Origin: Azolla caroliniana
Taxonomy: Eukaryota > Plantae > Polypodiophyta
Assembly: GCA_043228905.1 (NCBI GenBank)
Contig: JBHGNT010000013.1
Span: 10,106,001 to 10,170,000 of the forward strand
Direction of reading: 5' to 3'
DNA: 64,000 nt
The position numbers and the translations under genes are program-made. Position 1 is the first letter of the stretch. The number at the start of each line of letters is the position of its first letter. Below are positions 37,583 to 50,200 of the stretch, piece by piece. The notes below the pieces were generated by a model, which had not been told where the DNA came from, searched no databases, and saw only the letters and a program-made list of their open reading frames with translations.

Positions 37583-40500
37583 TGTTGAGAGACAAGCTCA
37601 ACATCCGCCGGATCGGCTGAAGAAGCCGAGGACCGGATCGGTTGGGACCAATCGGTTAGGCCGAGTGCGTAAACCGGTACGCAGACCGGTGCGTAGGTAG
37701 GGCCGGATTGGTGCGGAAATCGGGAGGCCGTTAAGAAAGATATTCCGTGAGGAATATATTTGGGAGAATCGGGAGGCCGTTAAGAAAGATATTCCGTGAG
37801 GAATATATTTGGGAGTTAGTGTAGGAGCTCTCAATGAGCATTGAAGTACTGTCAGTACTTCTGTTAGTCTTTCTAGGACTTGTATAAAAGTGTTCATTGA
37901 ACACACATATGTATAGAGTGTGGTGAATAGAGATTGTTTTTTGTTGAATATAGTTCTTGTGTTTTCTCTCTCTCACTCTCTCTGTCTCTCCTGCGTATAC
38001 TGCGTAAGCTCAAGCTCTCCATTAAACCTGAGTTTTCTTCCTTCTGTTCGGTCTTCATACTTGCTTCCGCACGTTACTTTTACATGGTATCAGAGCGCGA
38101 GGGTTGAGAACCTCTCTGCAGCCGACACAGCTTGACGAAGAAGAACAAGAAGAACAATGGATAGAGGCATGGCGAGCTCGCTTCCAACAGAGAAGCTCGA
38201 CAGAACCAACTACACGTCTTGGTCCTACAAGATGCACCAGTACCTGCTCGGGCACGGCTACTGGAGTTATGTCGAAGGAGCTAATGACGCGGCACCCGAA
38301 TCGACAAACAGAGACTTCCCGTCGTGGGAGCAATCGGCGAGCAGGGTATTATACTGCTTCGCGTCGTGTGTGGGCGAACAACTATTGAGCTATGTTCGGG
38401 ATGCAAAGACGCCGAAGGGTGCGTGGGAAAATCTGAAGAAGATTTTCGCTGCGAGCACCACAACCAGGAAGCTTCAGCTCCGACAGGAGTTGAGCAACCT
38501 ACGACAACGCAACTTGTCGGTGGCGGACTATACCTCGAAGATCAAGGATATCTGCGACTCCCTCGCCTCCATAGAGGTGAACATCAAGGAGAGCAAGATG
38601 GTCCAGATCTGTCTCGGAGGTTTGGCGTCGAAGTTCGGAGCGTTCCGAATGGCTGTGTGTACCCGGGAGAATACGCCGTCCTTTCTCGACTTACAGTCAA
38701 TGCTCCTGGTAGAGGAGAACCACGCGGGTGCATCTACAAGCACGCACACCGACAGAAAAATGCTATACACGGAGGGAGATAGGCCCCGTGGATGTGGAGG
38801 ACGAGGCGAGTCGGCGCGCAATGGAGGCGGCTGACGAGATCAAGGAAGAAGGCACCGAAGTGATGGCGACAGTAACTCCGGACCCTCCGGAAATAGGGGG
38901 AGTCGAAGCGATGAGAACCGGCAAGGGAAGGCCATCGTGGAGTGCTGGTACTGTGGCAAGAAAGGCCACAGGGAAAGTGAGTGCTGGAAGAAGCGCGCCG
39001 AGTCGGAGAGAACCGGTTCCGGAAACGGCTCCGGACATACCGACAAGGGAAATCGGCAGCGATCGCACTACGCCGAAGACTCCGGGAGAGCCGGAGAAGG
39101 GTCTACCTTCGTGACGAGACACGAAGCAAACTCAATGAAACGAACCACCCTAAGATCGGACGAGGTGTAGTACGTAGACTCCGGCGCGTCAAACCACATG
39201 ACGAGCCATAAGGAGTGGTTCTCGTACCTTGAAAAACCGATACAACTTGGAGTAGTCGCAACTAGAGACGACACTCCGCATCCGATCGCGAATGTCGGAG
39301 AAGTTCCCCTTAGCCACGTCGGGCAGAAAGGGAAACTCATGAACGTGCTGCACGTTCCGACAATCACGAAGAACTTGGTCTCGGTCGGACAGATCGTCGA
39401 CCAAGGGATGGAGGTTCGGTTTACACACCTCGGGTGCTTCATTGAGGAAGAAGGCCGTGTGATTGCACAAGGGCGCAGAGATGGGAGGATGTTCATCCTC
39501 GACTCCACTGACGGCGGCACCGCAATGTTCGCAAAGGGACAAAAAGCCGAGTCGGACATCGACTTGTGGCACAAGCGGATAGGCCACGTCAACTACCAGC
39601 GGCTTCAAGATCTGCAATCGAAACAGGTAGTGTTCGGATTGCCCAAGTTTAGTGGCCGAAAGGCACAAATTTGTGAAGCCTGCCAGCTCGGGAAGCAACA
39701 CTGACTTCCTTTCCCCAACGAGCGAAACCGGAGCCGGAACAAGCTCGACCTTATACACTCCGATGTGTGGGGGCCGGCACAAAACGTTAGTCTTGGCGGG
39801 AGCCGATATTTCGTCTCCTTCATCGACGACCACACGCGGCACACATGGATCTACCTCATTGAAAGGAAGAGCGAAGTCTTCGACTGTTTCCGGGACCTCA
39901 AAGGGTTCGTGGAAACGGAAATGGGAAGAAACATCAAGTGCCTTCGGTCGGATGGCGGGAAAGAGTACTTTTCTGGTCAATTCAATGGTTATCTACAACA
40001 AATGGGAATTCGGCGCGAATTCAGTTGTAGATACACGCCAGAGCAGAACGGCGTTGTCGTGCCTTTCGGCTCCGGATCGTTTGCGTGAGTCGGGTGGGAA
40101 TTGCCGAGGTTTTGGACTAGGAGAAAGAAAAATACAAATAAGGCTAGTAAAGAATAGGTATAAAGAGTTATAAGATAAGAATCTCGTGAATCCCACGAGT
40201 TTAGTATATTTAGTCAATATTTAGGTAGTAAGAGAGAATTATTTTAGCAAATTCGTGAATCCCACGAATATTTTAGATTGATTGATCATTATAGAAAAAT
40301 AATCAACAAAAACTACAATGTGCTCCCCATCCTTATATAGTGATGGGAGAGACTAAGCATAGCTACATGCTTTTTTCTAATATGTTCATGCACACTAAAT
40401 GTGCATGTGATGCTTTTCTAATCCTTGCTTTTATTTGCTAAATATAGTGCTCATGCACGCTAGATGTGCATGAGTCACTTTTTGGTTGCTTGCGTTTTTC

Positions 40501-43500
40501 TATAAAATATTCACGCACTCTAAAAATGCATGATTTACCTTTTAATAAAGGTAGGCGCAAATAAAGCACTTATAGTTATTAAATCTATTTGTAGAACACT
40601 AAAGATAAGGTAGAATAATGGTAAAGTTGAGGTTTGGCTACGTGGAGGTATAGGTTTCGAATCTTGCCCTATGCATGTGATAAATATCTTGATATTCTTA
40701 TTTTATTTATTTATATGTAATTAAATCGGTTATATTATTTTTACTTTTTCACGTAGTGTACGAAATACACTACGACAGCGTGGCCGAGAGAAAGAATCGG
40801 TCAGTTGTGGAAGCGGCACGGGCAATGCTGGAGGAGAAGAGATTGCCCAAGTTCTACTGGGCCGAGGCGGTAACGACCGCGGTATACATCCAGAACCGGA
40901 TCGGAGACAAAGTGTCGGCGCACGACCTGTATTTCGGAACGAAGCCAAACTTGCGACACTTGAGGGTGTTCAGTAGCATTGCGTATGTGCATATACCGAA
41001 GGAGAAAAGGAGGAAGCTGGACACAAAGGCCGAGAAATGTATCTTGGTTGGTTACTCGGACGAGCAGAAGGGTTATAAGTGCTATAACCCTCGCACCAAA
41101 CAAGCACGTGTTAGCTGCGACGTTGTGTTTGACGAGTCCGCGTCCTTGTACCAGCCCCCGACTCCGAACCCCGACTCCAATCCGAGTTCTGACGATGAGG
41201 TCAACAAGGCCGAGCTGCCTCCGGATGAGCCCGAAATCGAGACCCCCGAAGAGAGTTCGATTTCACTCTGTTTAAGTGGATCGATTGGACGACTGAGTCA
41301 GTACAACCAGTCCGATGAAGAGCCGGCGAGTAGTGGAGACTCGGCCGTGCATTCCCCGCGTAGGAAGCCGAGGAGACGGCTTACGCGCAAAGAGAAAGGG
41401 AAGAAGAAGGTGTCGGATTCCGGCACGGATAGGAACGAGTCTGACCGACGCGAGTCTGACTCCGAGGGAACCGGTGACGGGTCTTTAAAGGTGAAGTCCG
41501 CGTCGACCGAGAAGGCCTCGACATCAGCTAATGCGAGGTTACGCCGATCTACCCGCCAGAAGAATCCTGTTTTGCGGTTCGGATACAAGAGTACATGGCG
41601 CATCATTATGCGTACATGACCCGTGTAGCGGAAGTGCGTGAGCCGGAGAGCTACGCAGAAGCGGCTAAAGATGCGAATTGGCGTGCCACGATGGAGGAAG
41701 AGATGCACGCATTGGTGGAGAACGAGACCTGGGACCTGGTTGACGCACCAACAAGGGTAAAACCGATCGGGTGTAGGTGGGTGTACAAGGTCAAGTACAA
41801 CACCGATGGCTCGGTCAACCGGTACAAGGCTCGGCTAGTGGCAAAGGGTTACACGCAGAAACACGGCATCGACTACGATGAAACGTTTGCACCGGTCGCG
41901 AAAATGACGATCGTCCGTGTTTTGCTCGCAGTAGCCGCAGCCAAGGGGTGGCACTTACATCAGATGGATGTAAAGAATGCGTTCCTGCAAGGTGACCTTA
42001 AGGAACAGGTGTACATGGTACAGCCCCCCGGATTTCACTCCGGAACGAACTCCTCGGCAGTATGCCGACTGAAGAAGTCCCTTTACGGACTGAAGCAAGC
42101 CCCGCGTGCCTGGAACGCGAAGATCACGCAACAACTGCGTCGGATGGGCTTCGTCATGACAAAATCGGACTCTTCCCTGTTCATCCGGAAAGGTTGACGC
42201 GGACCGGTTAGTATTTTACTGTATGTTGATGACTTGATCATCACCGGCGCCGACCTAGGTGAAATCGACCGTGTGAAGCTTCAGCTTGCGGCATCGTTCG
42301 ACATGAAGGATCTGGGGGACCTTCATTACTTCCTCGGGATCGAAGTGATCCGTACCCCCGAAGGCATATTGATCAGCCAACGTCATTACATGCTGGGTAT
42401 GCTCTTCAAATTCGGGATGGTAGACTGTAAGTCCGTCTCGACTCCTCTAGACAAAACCGTCAAGCTTCGTCCCGATACGGGAAAGGTATGCGACCCGACG
42501 AGGTTTCGACAAATTGTCAGAAGCCTCATATACTTGACCATCACTCGACCCGACCTCAGTTATCCGGTCGGTGTGATCAGTCAGTTCATGGCGCGACCTA
42601 CCGAGGAGCACCTTCAGTGTGCACGACGCATACTTCGGTATGTCAACGACACTAAGGACCGGGGCGCTCGGATTGCGTCACCTCGATGTGCCAAACTTGA
42701 GGGGGAGAACAGTCCCGAACGACCAAGAAAAGCAGCAGGAAAGGAGCGGAGGCCGCGACACCGAGTCAGTTGATTCGGTTGTTGACTCGGTTGTTGACTC
42801 GGTTGTCGAGTTCGACTTCGGATCGGCTGAAGAAGTCGAGGGCGGACCCGCGGAAAAGTTCGGAAGCGGACAGAAGGGGAGCAGCCGAAGGAGAGAGCCG
42901 AAGCCAACCACACATGGGGAAGATGACGCCATCGAGGGCGAGAAGACCGAAGACGAGTTGGAGACAGCCAACTCGGATGAGAGCGGAAACCGATCGGAGG
43001 TAGCCGAGTCGGTTCGGATGTTTGATTCAGATACGCTGAATCAACCGAGGCCCAAGCGGAAGAAAAGGCAGTAGGAGAAGCGTCAACACCGCAACAGTAG
43101 AAGAGCTGATAAGGGCCGCATGAGCAGACAAGCTGACTGGAAGGGTCGAAGCGCGCGGAGTCGAACAGGTCGAGGAGCGCGAGCAAGGCGTGAAGCCAGG
43201 AGGAACCGGAGCTGTGAGCCCGAGGATCCCGAAGAGCCTCGAGTTGAGCTTGAGGGGGAGTGTTGAGAGACAAGCTCAACATCGGCCGGATCGGCTGAAG
43301 AAGCCGAGGACCGGATCGGTTGGGACCGATCGGTTAGGCCGAGTGCGTAAACCGGTACGTAGACCGGTGTGTAGGTAGGGCCGGATCGGTGCGGAAATCG
43401 GGAGGCCGTTAAGAAAGATATTCCGTGAGGAATATATTTGGGAGTTAGTGTAGGAGCTCTCAATGAGCATTGAAGTACTGTCAGTACTTCTGTCAGTCCT

Positions 43501-43713
43501 TCTAGGACTTGTATAAAAGTGTTCATTGAACACACATATGTATAGAGTGTGGTGAATAGAGATTGTTTTTTGTTGAATATAGTTCTTGTGTTTTCTCTCT
43601 CTCACTCTCTCTGTCTCTCCCGCATATACTGCGTAAGCTCAAGCTCTCCATTAAACTTGAGTTTTCTTCCTTCTGTTCGGTCTTCATACTTGCTTCCGCA
43701 CATTACTTTTACA
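37583..43713 (+). mobile_element. Copia L inserted in the rpoC1 piece; RNase H deleted
   Basis: LTRs 37583-38084 and 43261-43713, perfect TSD CTTAG, PBS TGGTATCAGAGC 38085-38096, PPT 43249-43260; broken gag-PR-INT-RT 38157-42660. Confidence 0.96.
40055..40777 (-). mobile_element. Solo LTR (E-related termini) inserted in L integrase
   Basis: TGTCGT...ACGACA termini, 4-bp TSD GCGT; host reads PEQNGV|AERKNR across it; tRNA-like module at 40608-40670 on plus strand; orientation inferred. Confidence 0.9.
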
Positions 43714-43980
43714 CTTAGCAAGTAGATTTGCTATGTAACTGGGGACTCGCTTTGGGAACCATACGTGAGTTACCGGGCATGCTAATTTGATATATCCCAT
43801 TCTGTATCTTCGAACCCGAGAGTCGGTGAATTCAACCCCGCAATGCTTACAAAAATTGGAAGACTCCTCATTCTCGACAAATCGATAGTTTCCGCAGGCA
43901 CAAACTCCACTTTTTATTTACCCAAAAATTCTCTCACAGAATAAACCATCTCGCTTTGGCTTATGGGTCTTATGATGCAA
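43714..43980 (-). pseudogene. rpoC1: Plastid rpoC1 exon 1 fragment
   Basis: [32 protein letters not shown]...[47 protein letters not shown]. Confidence 0.95.
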
Positions 43981-45040
43981 ATTCAATTCCTTCCACAATC
44001 TGAGCCGCATTAAAGATTATCGTATAATAATCCATGAATATTCAGGCCTTCTTGAAAGTTCAAAAGAAGAACTTTGGTTTGGTAGCCATTTATATTACAC
44101 TTTTTACTTAATAACCACTTGTGAATTGATGACATCCTTGTGAGGTTGGTAGCGATCGAAGGCTAAGTACCAGCTGTATTTGAATTTTCCCTGCTTGCTT
44201 GCTTGCTTGTTGTTCGGCGCCCGCCACTTTTGTCGTTAACACTCTTTTGTTCATTAATCAAGCGTTTCGTTCCGTCCGGGCATCTTTGTAAGACGTGAAA
44301 CACCCGATCCCATTCCGACCTCGATATGTGAAAAGTGTTTTCCATTACTAGTATATTGATAAGTAATATCAATTATACAAATAAAAAAAGATTTGTTTGT
44401 ATGAAAAGCAATCGTCCCAACTAGTCTGCTTCTGCAACGCAACAATGCAACGAAACCTTTTATATCTTCTTCGGGAATCGATCCTGATATTCTCCCATTG
44501 GCTCGTTTTTGCGTCTTCGCACCCAGAATCGCTCGCTTGCTGGGAGGACAATCACTCGCTCATCCTGGAGGAGATATAAGTACTTTTCCGCACGAGCCAC
44601 GATCGGGGCCCATGTTGCTACATCCTAAGTATCTAGGCGGAAAAAGGCTTTTTCTTCATCGGTACTACTATTCCGAAGAAAAGGTATTTACTTTCTGACC
44701 TTCGAGGGCTTTTTTCGTGGTGGTACTATCCAAATAAAAAAAGCTCAAGTTTCTGAATCCTACCAAATAGAATTTTTTTTGTGGGGAGAGTCTTTAAAAA
44801 AAACAAATAGCGTAATAAATAAAAAGGATTCTTCAAGACATTTCACTGATCAAGCAGATTCGTTAACTCTACTTGGTCAAGTAGTTGATATTAATAATGA
44901 AACCTCTCCCTTTCGAGATTTACCTTTTCCCAAAGAATCAAGTTTTGCAATGGTCTCGCCGTGCGCGATCGCAAGAATATACGAAAAAATAGAATGGGCT
45001 GGAAAATGAGACAATTTTTTTTAACAATCAATTATGTACA

Positions 45041-45430
45041 ATGAATCTATTTGAATCAATTCATCAAGTTATTTTGGTATTAATAGAATCAGGTATTCTA
45101 CTAGGGAGTTTGGGAGTAGTATTACTTCCTAATGTGGTTCATTCTGCTTTTCTTCCAGGGTTGGTGTTCACCTGTGTATCTCCATCATACCTCGTATTGA
45201 ATGCCGATTCTGTAGCTGTGGCACAATTGCTTATCTATGTAGGAGCTATAAATGTTTTAATTGTGTCTGCTGTTATGGTCACTGACGAGACGGCGGGTCC
45301 TCGTACACCTTTGAATGCAGGATACTCCATAGCTTCGGTAGTTCGTGTAGGCCTTTCTTCACTACTAATTGCTATGATTCATGGTACGAAATGGTCGGAT
45401 GTACAATCAATCGATCGGTTTACCACGGGA
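45041..45430 (+). pseudogene. ndhG: Plastid ndhG 5' two-thirds (NUPT copy, unedited; 3' boundary approximate)
   Basis: GILLGSLGVVLLPN...AQLLIYVGAINVLIV; homology lost after about codon 125-130. Confidence 0.92.
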
Positions 45431-45918
45431 ACTTGGGGAGGTCAAGTTGTTATTACTACCAACGGGAGTTACTCAGTAAGACGTATACGAATGGTACCAA
45501 ACAGTGTCGACAACGAATGTCCACTTTTTCGCCTGTAAGTCGGAAGATGGAGAGTAGTTGTTTTCTCTCTCTAAAAAGATTTCAATATCAAAAAGTTATT
45601 GATCACGCGATCAAAGGGTTCTGTCTGAGGAGGAGAAAGCATCTCCCCAGGTAGAGGCGCGGGTAGGGACAAGCAAACCATCTCTTTCTAGGCTGAGGGA
45701 ATACCTGATCCACCCAGGAAAAGTTGATCAACGATGTACAATAAGAGTACCGATCCGTGGGAGGCTAAGGCTGAGCAGCCCCCCCCCGCGAGAAAGGCTT
45801 TGGGGGTGGGGTAGGTCTCTCGCCTGGTTTTCTGCTGACCCTTCAGTGTCGCTACTTCCTTACAAAAAAAAAATTCCTTTTAAGTTGAGTATCACGAGAT
45901 AGAAATACGGAGCTAAAC

Positions 45919-46170
45919 ACGTATGGGAATACAGGAGAACGTCCCTTTGCCGACAACATTACTAGTACTTGATACTGGGTCATCCACAACATCACTATAC
46001 CCTCCCCGTTTATAGCAGGTTGGCTTTTTGTCAGTACAGGTTTAGCTTATGATGTTTTTGGAAGCCCCCGCCCTAACGAATATTTCTCTGAGAACCGAAA
46101 AGAAGTTCATTTAATAACTGGCCGTTTTGACTCGTTGGGACAGGTTGATGCGTTTACTAAACCATTTTAG
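45919..46170 (+). pseudogene. psbE: Plastid psbE (cytochrome b559 alpha), NUPT copy with ACG start and in-frame TGA
   Basis: GNTGERPFAD...YWVIH...[23 protein letters not shown]; 84 codons; GGAG upstream. Confidence 0.96.
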
Positions 46171-46299
<129 letters not shown>

Positions 46300-46321
46300 T
46301 TTTTACATGAGTTTTGAATCT

Positions 46322-46438
46322 ATGACACAACCAAATCCAAATAAACAAAGTGTAGAATTGAATCGCACAAGCCTTTATTGGGGACTATTACTGATCCTTG
46401 TACTTGCTGTCCTTTTTTCTAATTATTTTTTCAATTAA
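46322..46438 (+). pseudogene. psbL: Plastid psbL, NUPT copy
   Basis: [38 protein letters not shown]. Confidence 0.96.
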
Positions 46439-46954
46439 GGATGGAAAACGATCATTAACTTCGAGCGAAGGAAGATCAAAATCCTAATAATTCGTGACCG
46501 TTCATGTCTTAAGTCGTGACCGAGTGGTGGATCCAAACGAAGTACCAGCATTGCCAGGGGACTGAAGCCTGCTACTACATTACAAGGAGGATTGATAATT
46601 ATCCATCTATTTGTGTGAAACAACTTGGTGTCTAGGGTATTACATCCCAGTAAGTTGAGTTTTACCCGGACTCTTACCCAGAATAGAAAATCTTAGAATG
46701 TCTCTTCCTCTAGGAACGGGTTCAGACTATGATTACGGAGATTCGGTGGAATTTTTGTTTTGTGAACGTTCGGTAATTGGATCAATAAACCCACAGACAT
46801 TTTGAGTAAGATAACTGAAATGCAAGATTTTATTTCTTCCATCCCTAAACTTTTTTTTTTCTATTATCTTTAGAACGATGAGGAAGAAACGGATACTCAA
46901 TGCATAATGAGTAAATATGATCACTAAGGTTGAAGTGATTGAAAAAGAAAGTCA

Positions 46955-47200
46955 CTTTAGTAGTTTCTATTCAATCATATTGTTCACCCCTATATATATT
47001 ATTCTCCAAACCACACCGACTTACTATTGTAGTAGTGCCATACTTTTTTTTCTTTTGGTTTCAAATAAAAGATTTACAAAATTCTCAGGACTTACGTCCC
47101 GCTACCTCATTGCATGATCCACGAATGGTTTGTATATTTTTGAATAGCTTTCTTTTTCAGATTTTGAATCCAATATTATTACCAAGCCCTGTACTAGCGA
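46955..47200 (+). pseudogene. ycf1: Plastid ycf1 N-terminal fragment
   Basis: SPLYILFSKPHRLTIVVVPY...IFLNSFLFQILNPILLPSPVLA resembles ycf1 [20 protein letters not shown]...[22 protein letters not shown]. Confidence 0.8.
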
Positions 47201-47271
47201 AAGCTGAACCGACACCGAGATTCCATTTTTTCCTTCCCAAATCGACTGGAAGGCTCTCTTCGGGTTTGGGG

Positions 47272-50200
47272 AAAGCCACTGTCGACCAGGTCATCGACCA
47301 GGTTAGAGAAATGGAAAAAACGAGCTCTTGACTAACAATGGGAGCCCTCCAACGAGCGTTACCAACCGATGAGGATCTCCGTTTCCGGCAAGCAATCTAA
47401 TGCACGACTTGCTTGAACGCCGGACACTCGTCACTGGAGTGTACCATGCGGACGCATTGCTTACTCTGCCACTCTACGAGGCACACGATGGATCGGTGCG
47501 AATATAACTTATTGAATCGGCAAGCACCACCAGTCCAGCAAATCGAGCCACGTAGCAACCGAGACGAAGAGGACGAACGTTGGCGGCGAGAGGAGCGATA
47601 TTGACCGGCACAGGATGTTCGGTACGACGATCGGCGAGAAAACTATGACCGGTACAAGAGATATGACAAGTACCGAGATTACAATGGACGGTACGAGCAT
47701 CACAACCAGGATCACTCCCCCGGGTATCACCAACGACGGGAAGATTACGGGAGATATGACGACCAACCCCGGCAAGGGTACCGCAACAAAAAGAACTTTA
47801 ATAAAAAACGGCATTTCAAAAAAGGGAGCCACCCACGAGAACCAGAAAAAGGCGCCTCAAGCAGCCAACCGGACCAGAGCCCCGCGGTTACCACAGGTCC
47901 TCCACCGGGTACAGGAAACAATGCCGAATCCAGCAATACCCGGAAGGCATATTGCTATTATTGCCGGCAAGAAGGACATTGTAGTAATCAATGTCTGGCA
48001 AAGAGCTATGATAAGCGACCAGCAGTAAACATGGTAGTCGCCGAAGTCGCAGACCTACAGCAGGTCACCACAAGGTCGAAGGGCAAGACGACGGAATGGG
48101 AGACACAAGAGGCCATCCGGAAACAGGCAACGGAATGGGTGAAAAAGGCAAATGAGCGAAACGTAGCAGAACTTGCGTAGCAAAAGGAGAACACCGAAGA
48201 GCTCGCCGGCGGCAGTCAGTCCGAAAACGCGACATGGCAGGCATTGTAGGAATGCCAGATCACGCTGCCGTTAGGACGACTCTTGCAGCTAGTACCAAGA
48301 TTCACAGAAGGACTCAAGTCCGGCATGAGGACAAGTGGAACACCACTGGCTCCGACATTCTTCTCAAATCCGGAGGAGGGACCGGCGGTGGTGGACACCA
48401 ACAGTCTGGTAATTACTGCCATTGTGAAAGGGGAAGAACTCCCCGACACGGTAATAGACGGAGGTTCCAGCGTTAACGCATTAAGTCTTCGGACGTGCGA
48501 TGCTCTTGGAATCCAAGAGTGGGAGCCATGTCCGTTCTGGCTCCGAATGGCGGACACAAGCTTGGTGCGACCAACAGGATTAATACGGGACTTAGAAGTA
48601 ACCATCAGGGGTGACACATTCCGAATCTCAGCCGTAGTTCTCCAGTTGCAGGCTCAAGGAGCGTACCCATTATTGTTGGGACGCCCTTGGTTAAAGACGG
48701 CACACATCAAGCAGAACTGGAGGAGGAATATGATTACGTTCTGGCGAGGAAAAGCGAAGGTACGGGTACCAACACAACCAAGGAAGGGCACCGGCAAGGA
48801 TCTGACACTGTTATATGGGGAGTGCATCAATATGGTGGAAGGATTAGCAGACGAAGAAGAAGATCAGTACTTACAAGAGAACCAGAAGATTGTACCCCTA
48901 TTCGAAATCGACGTCGCCGAAGCGGTATCACCCTACTTACTACAACCGGACGGAACCGGATAAAGAAGCAATCCGGGAGTTATGGCAAGCGCAGGAGGCG
49001 TTGGAAAGAGAAATGGCCGTATCACAACGCGTAAAAGCGTCTCAATTAGAAGAGGTAAATCTAGGAACGGCGAAGGAGGTAAAACCGGTGCGCGTCGCCA
49101 AAGAAATGAATGCAGAGAACAAAACGGCGATAATTACACTCAACGAGTTTTGCGACGTATTTGCCTGGTCTTACGAGGATATGAGAGGGCTGGATCCTCA
49201 GTTGTATCAACACCAGATACATCTGAGCAAAGACGACAAGCCGGTAGCAGAGCGTCGGTACCGGATGAACCCAAACTACGCCGCCAAAGTCAAGGAGGAA
49301 ATCGACAAATTGCTGAGGGTTGGCTGAGTCCGATCGTAGTCGTACGGAAGAAGAATGGCAAAATTAGAGTTTGTGTCGACTACCGGAAGCTCAATGCGGC
49401 AACGGTAACAGATGCATTTCCACTTCCGTTTACGGATGGAGTTTTAGATGTCGTCGCCGGCCATGAAGTCTACAGTTTCTTAGACGGATTTAGCGGGTAT
49501 AATCAGATCCGGATGCACCCTAACGATCAAGAGAAAACGGCTTTCGTCACTGAATGGGGAGTGTTTGTTGCCGTGGTGATGATGTTCGGACTGAAAATGG
49601 CACCGGCAACATTCCAATGGATTATCATGGAGATCTTTGGCGAATACATACTGGCATTTATGCAGGTGTTCATTGACGACTTCGTCGTCTATAGCCGAGA
49701 AGAAGATCATTTGCAGCACCTCAGACTATGTCTGGAGAAGTGTAGGGCGTACCGGCTAAGCCTGAATCCGGCGAAGTGTGTATTTGGAGTGTCCAGTGGA
49801 ACCCTACTAGGGCATATTGTGAGCAAGGAAGGCATTGCCGTAGATCCGGACAAAGTAAAAGCAATCCTGGAGGCATCGGCACCAACAACGGCAAAGGCAT
49901 TGAGCCGATTCTTAGGACAAATTCGTTGGCATAGCCGAATGCTCCGGTATTTGGCGGACCTAGCTACACCACTGCATGTTGCGGTACACCGAACACCGTT
50001 CCAGTGGACCGACACCGAAGATAAGGCGTACCGGGCACTCAAAGTTCTATTGTCGCAAGCGCCGGTAGTGCAACCCCCGGATTGGGCGAAGGAATTTCAT
50101 GTGCTCATAGATGCGTCTGACATTGCAATCGTGAGTGCGCTGATGCAACTTACGGAGCCAAGATGGTACCGGCCTATATATTACGCAAGCCGGAAGTTAT

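Noticed and set aside
39189-43282. Long antisense ORFs (263 and 222 aa) as extra genes
   Set aside because: Shadow frames of GC-rich pol and 3' region without recognisable motifs
43985-45040. Specific plastid gene names (ycf1, ycf2, matK, ndhF) for the intervening NUPT pieces
   Set aside because: Translations could not be matched from memory; also applies to 45440-45900, 46440-46940 and 47200-47271
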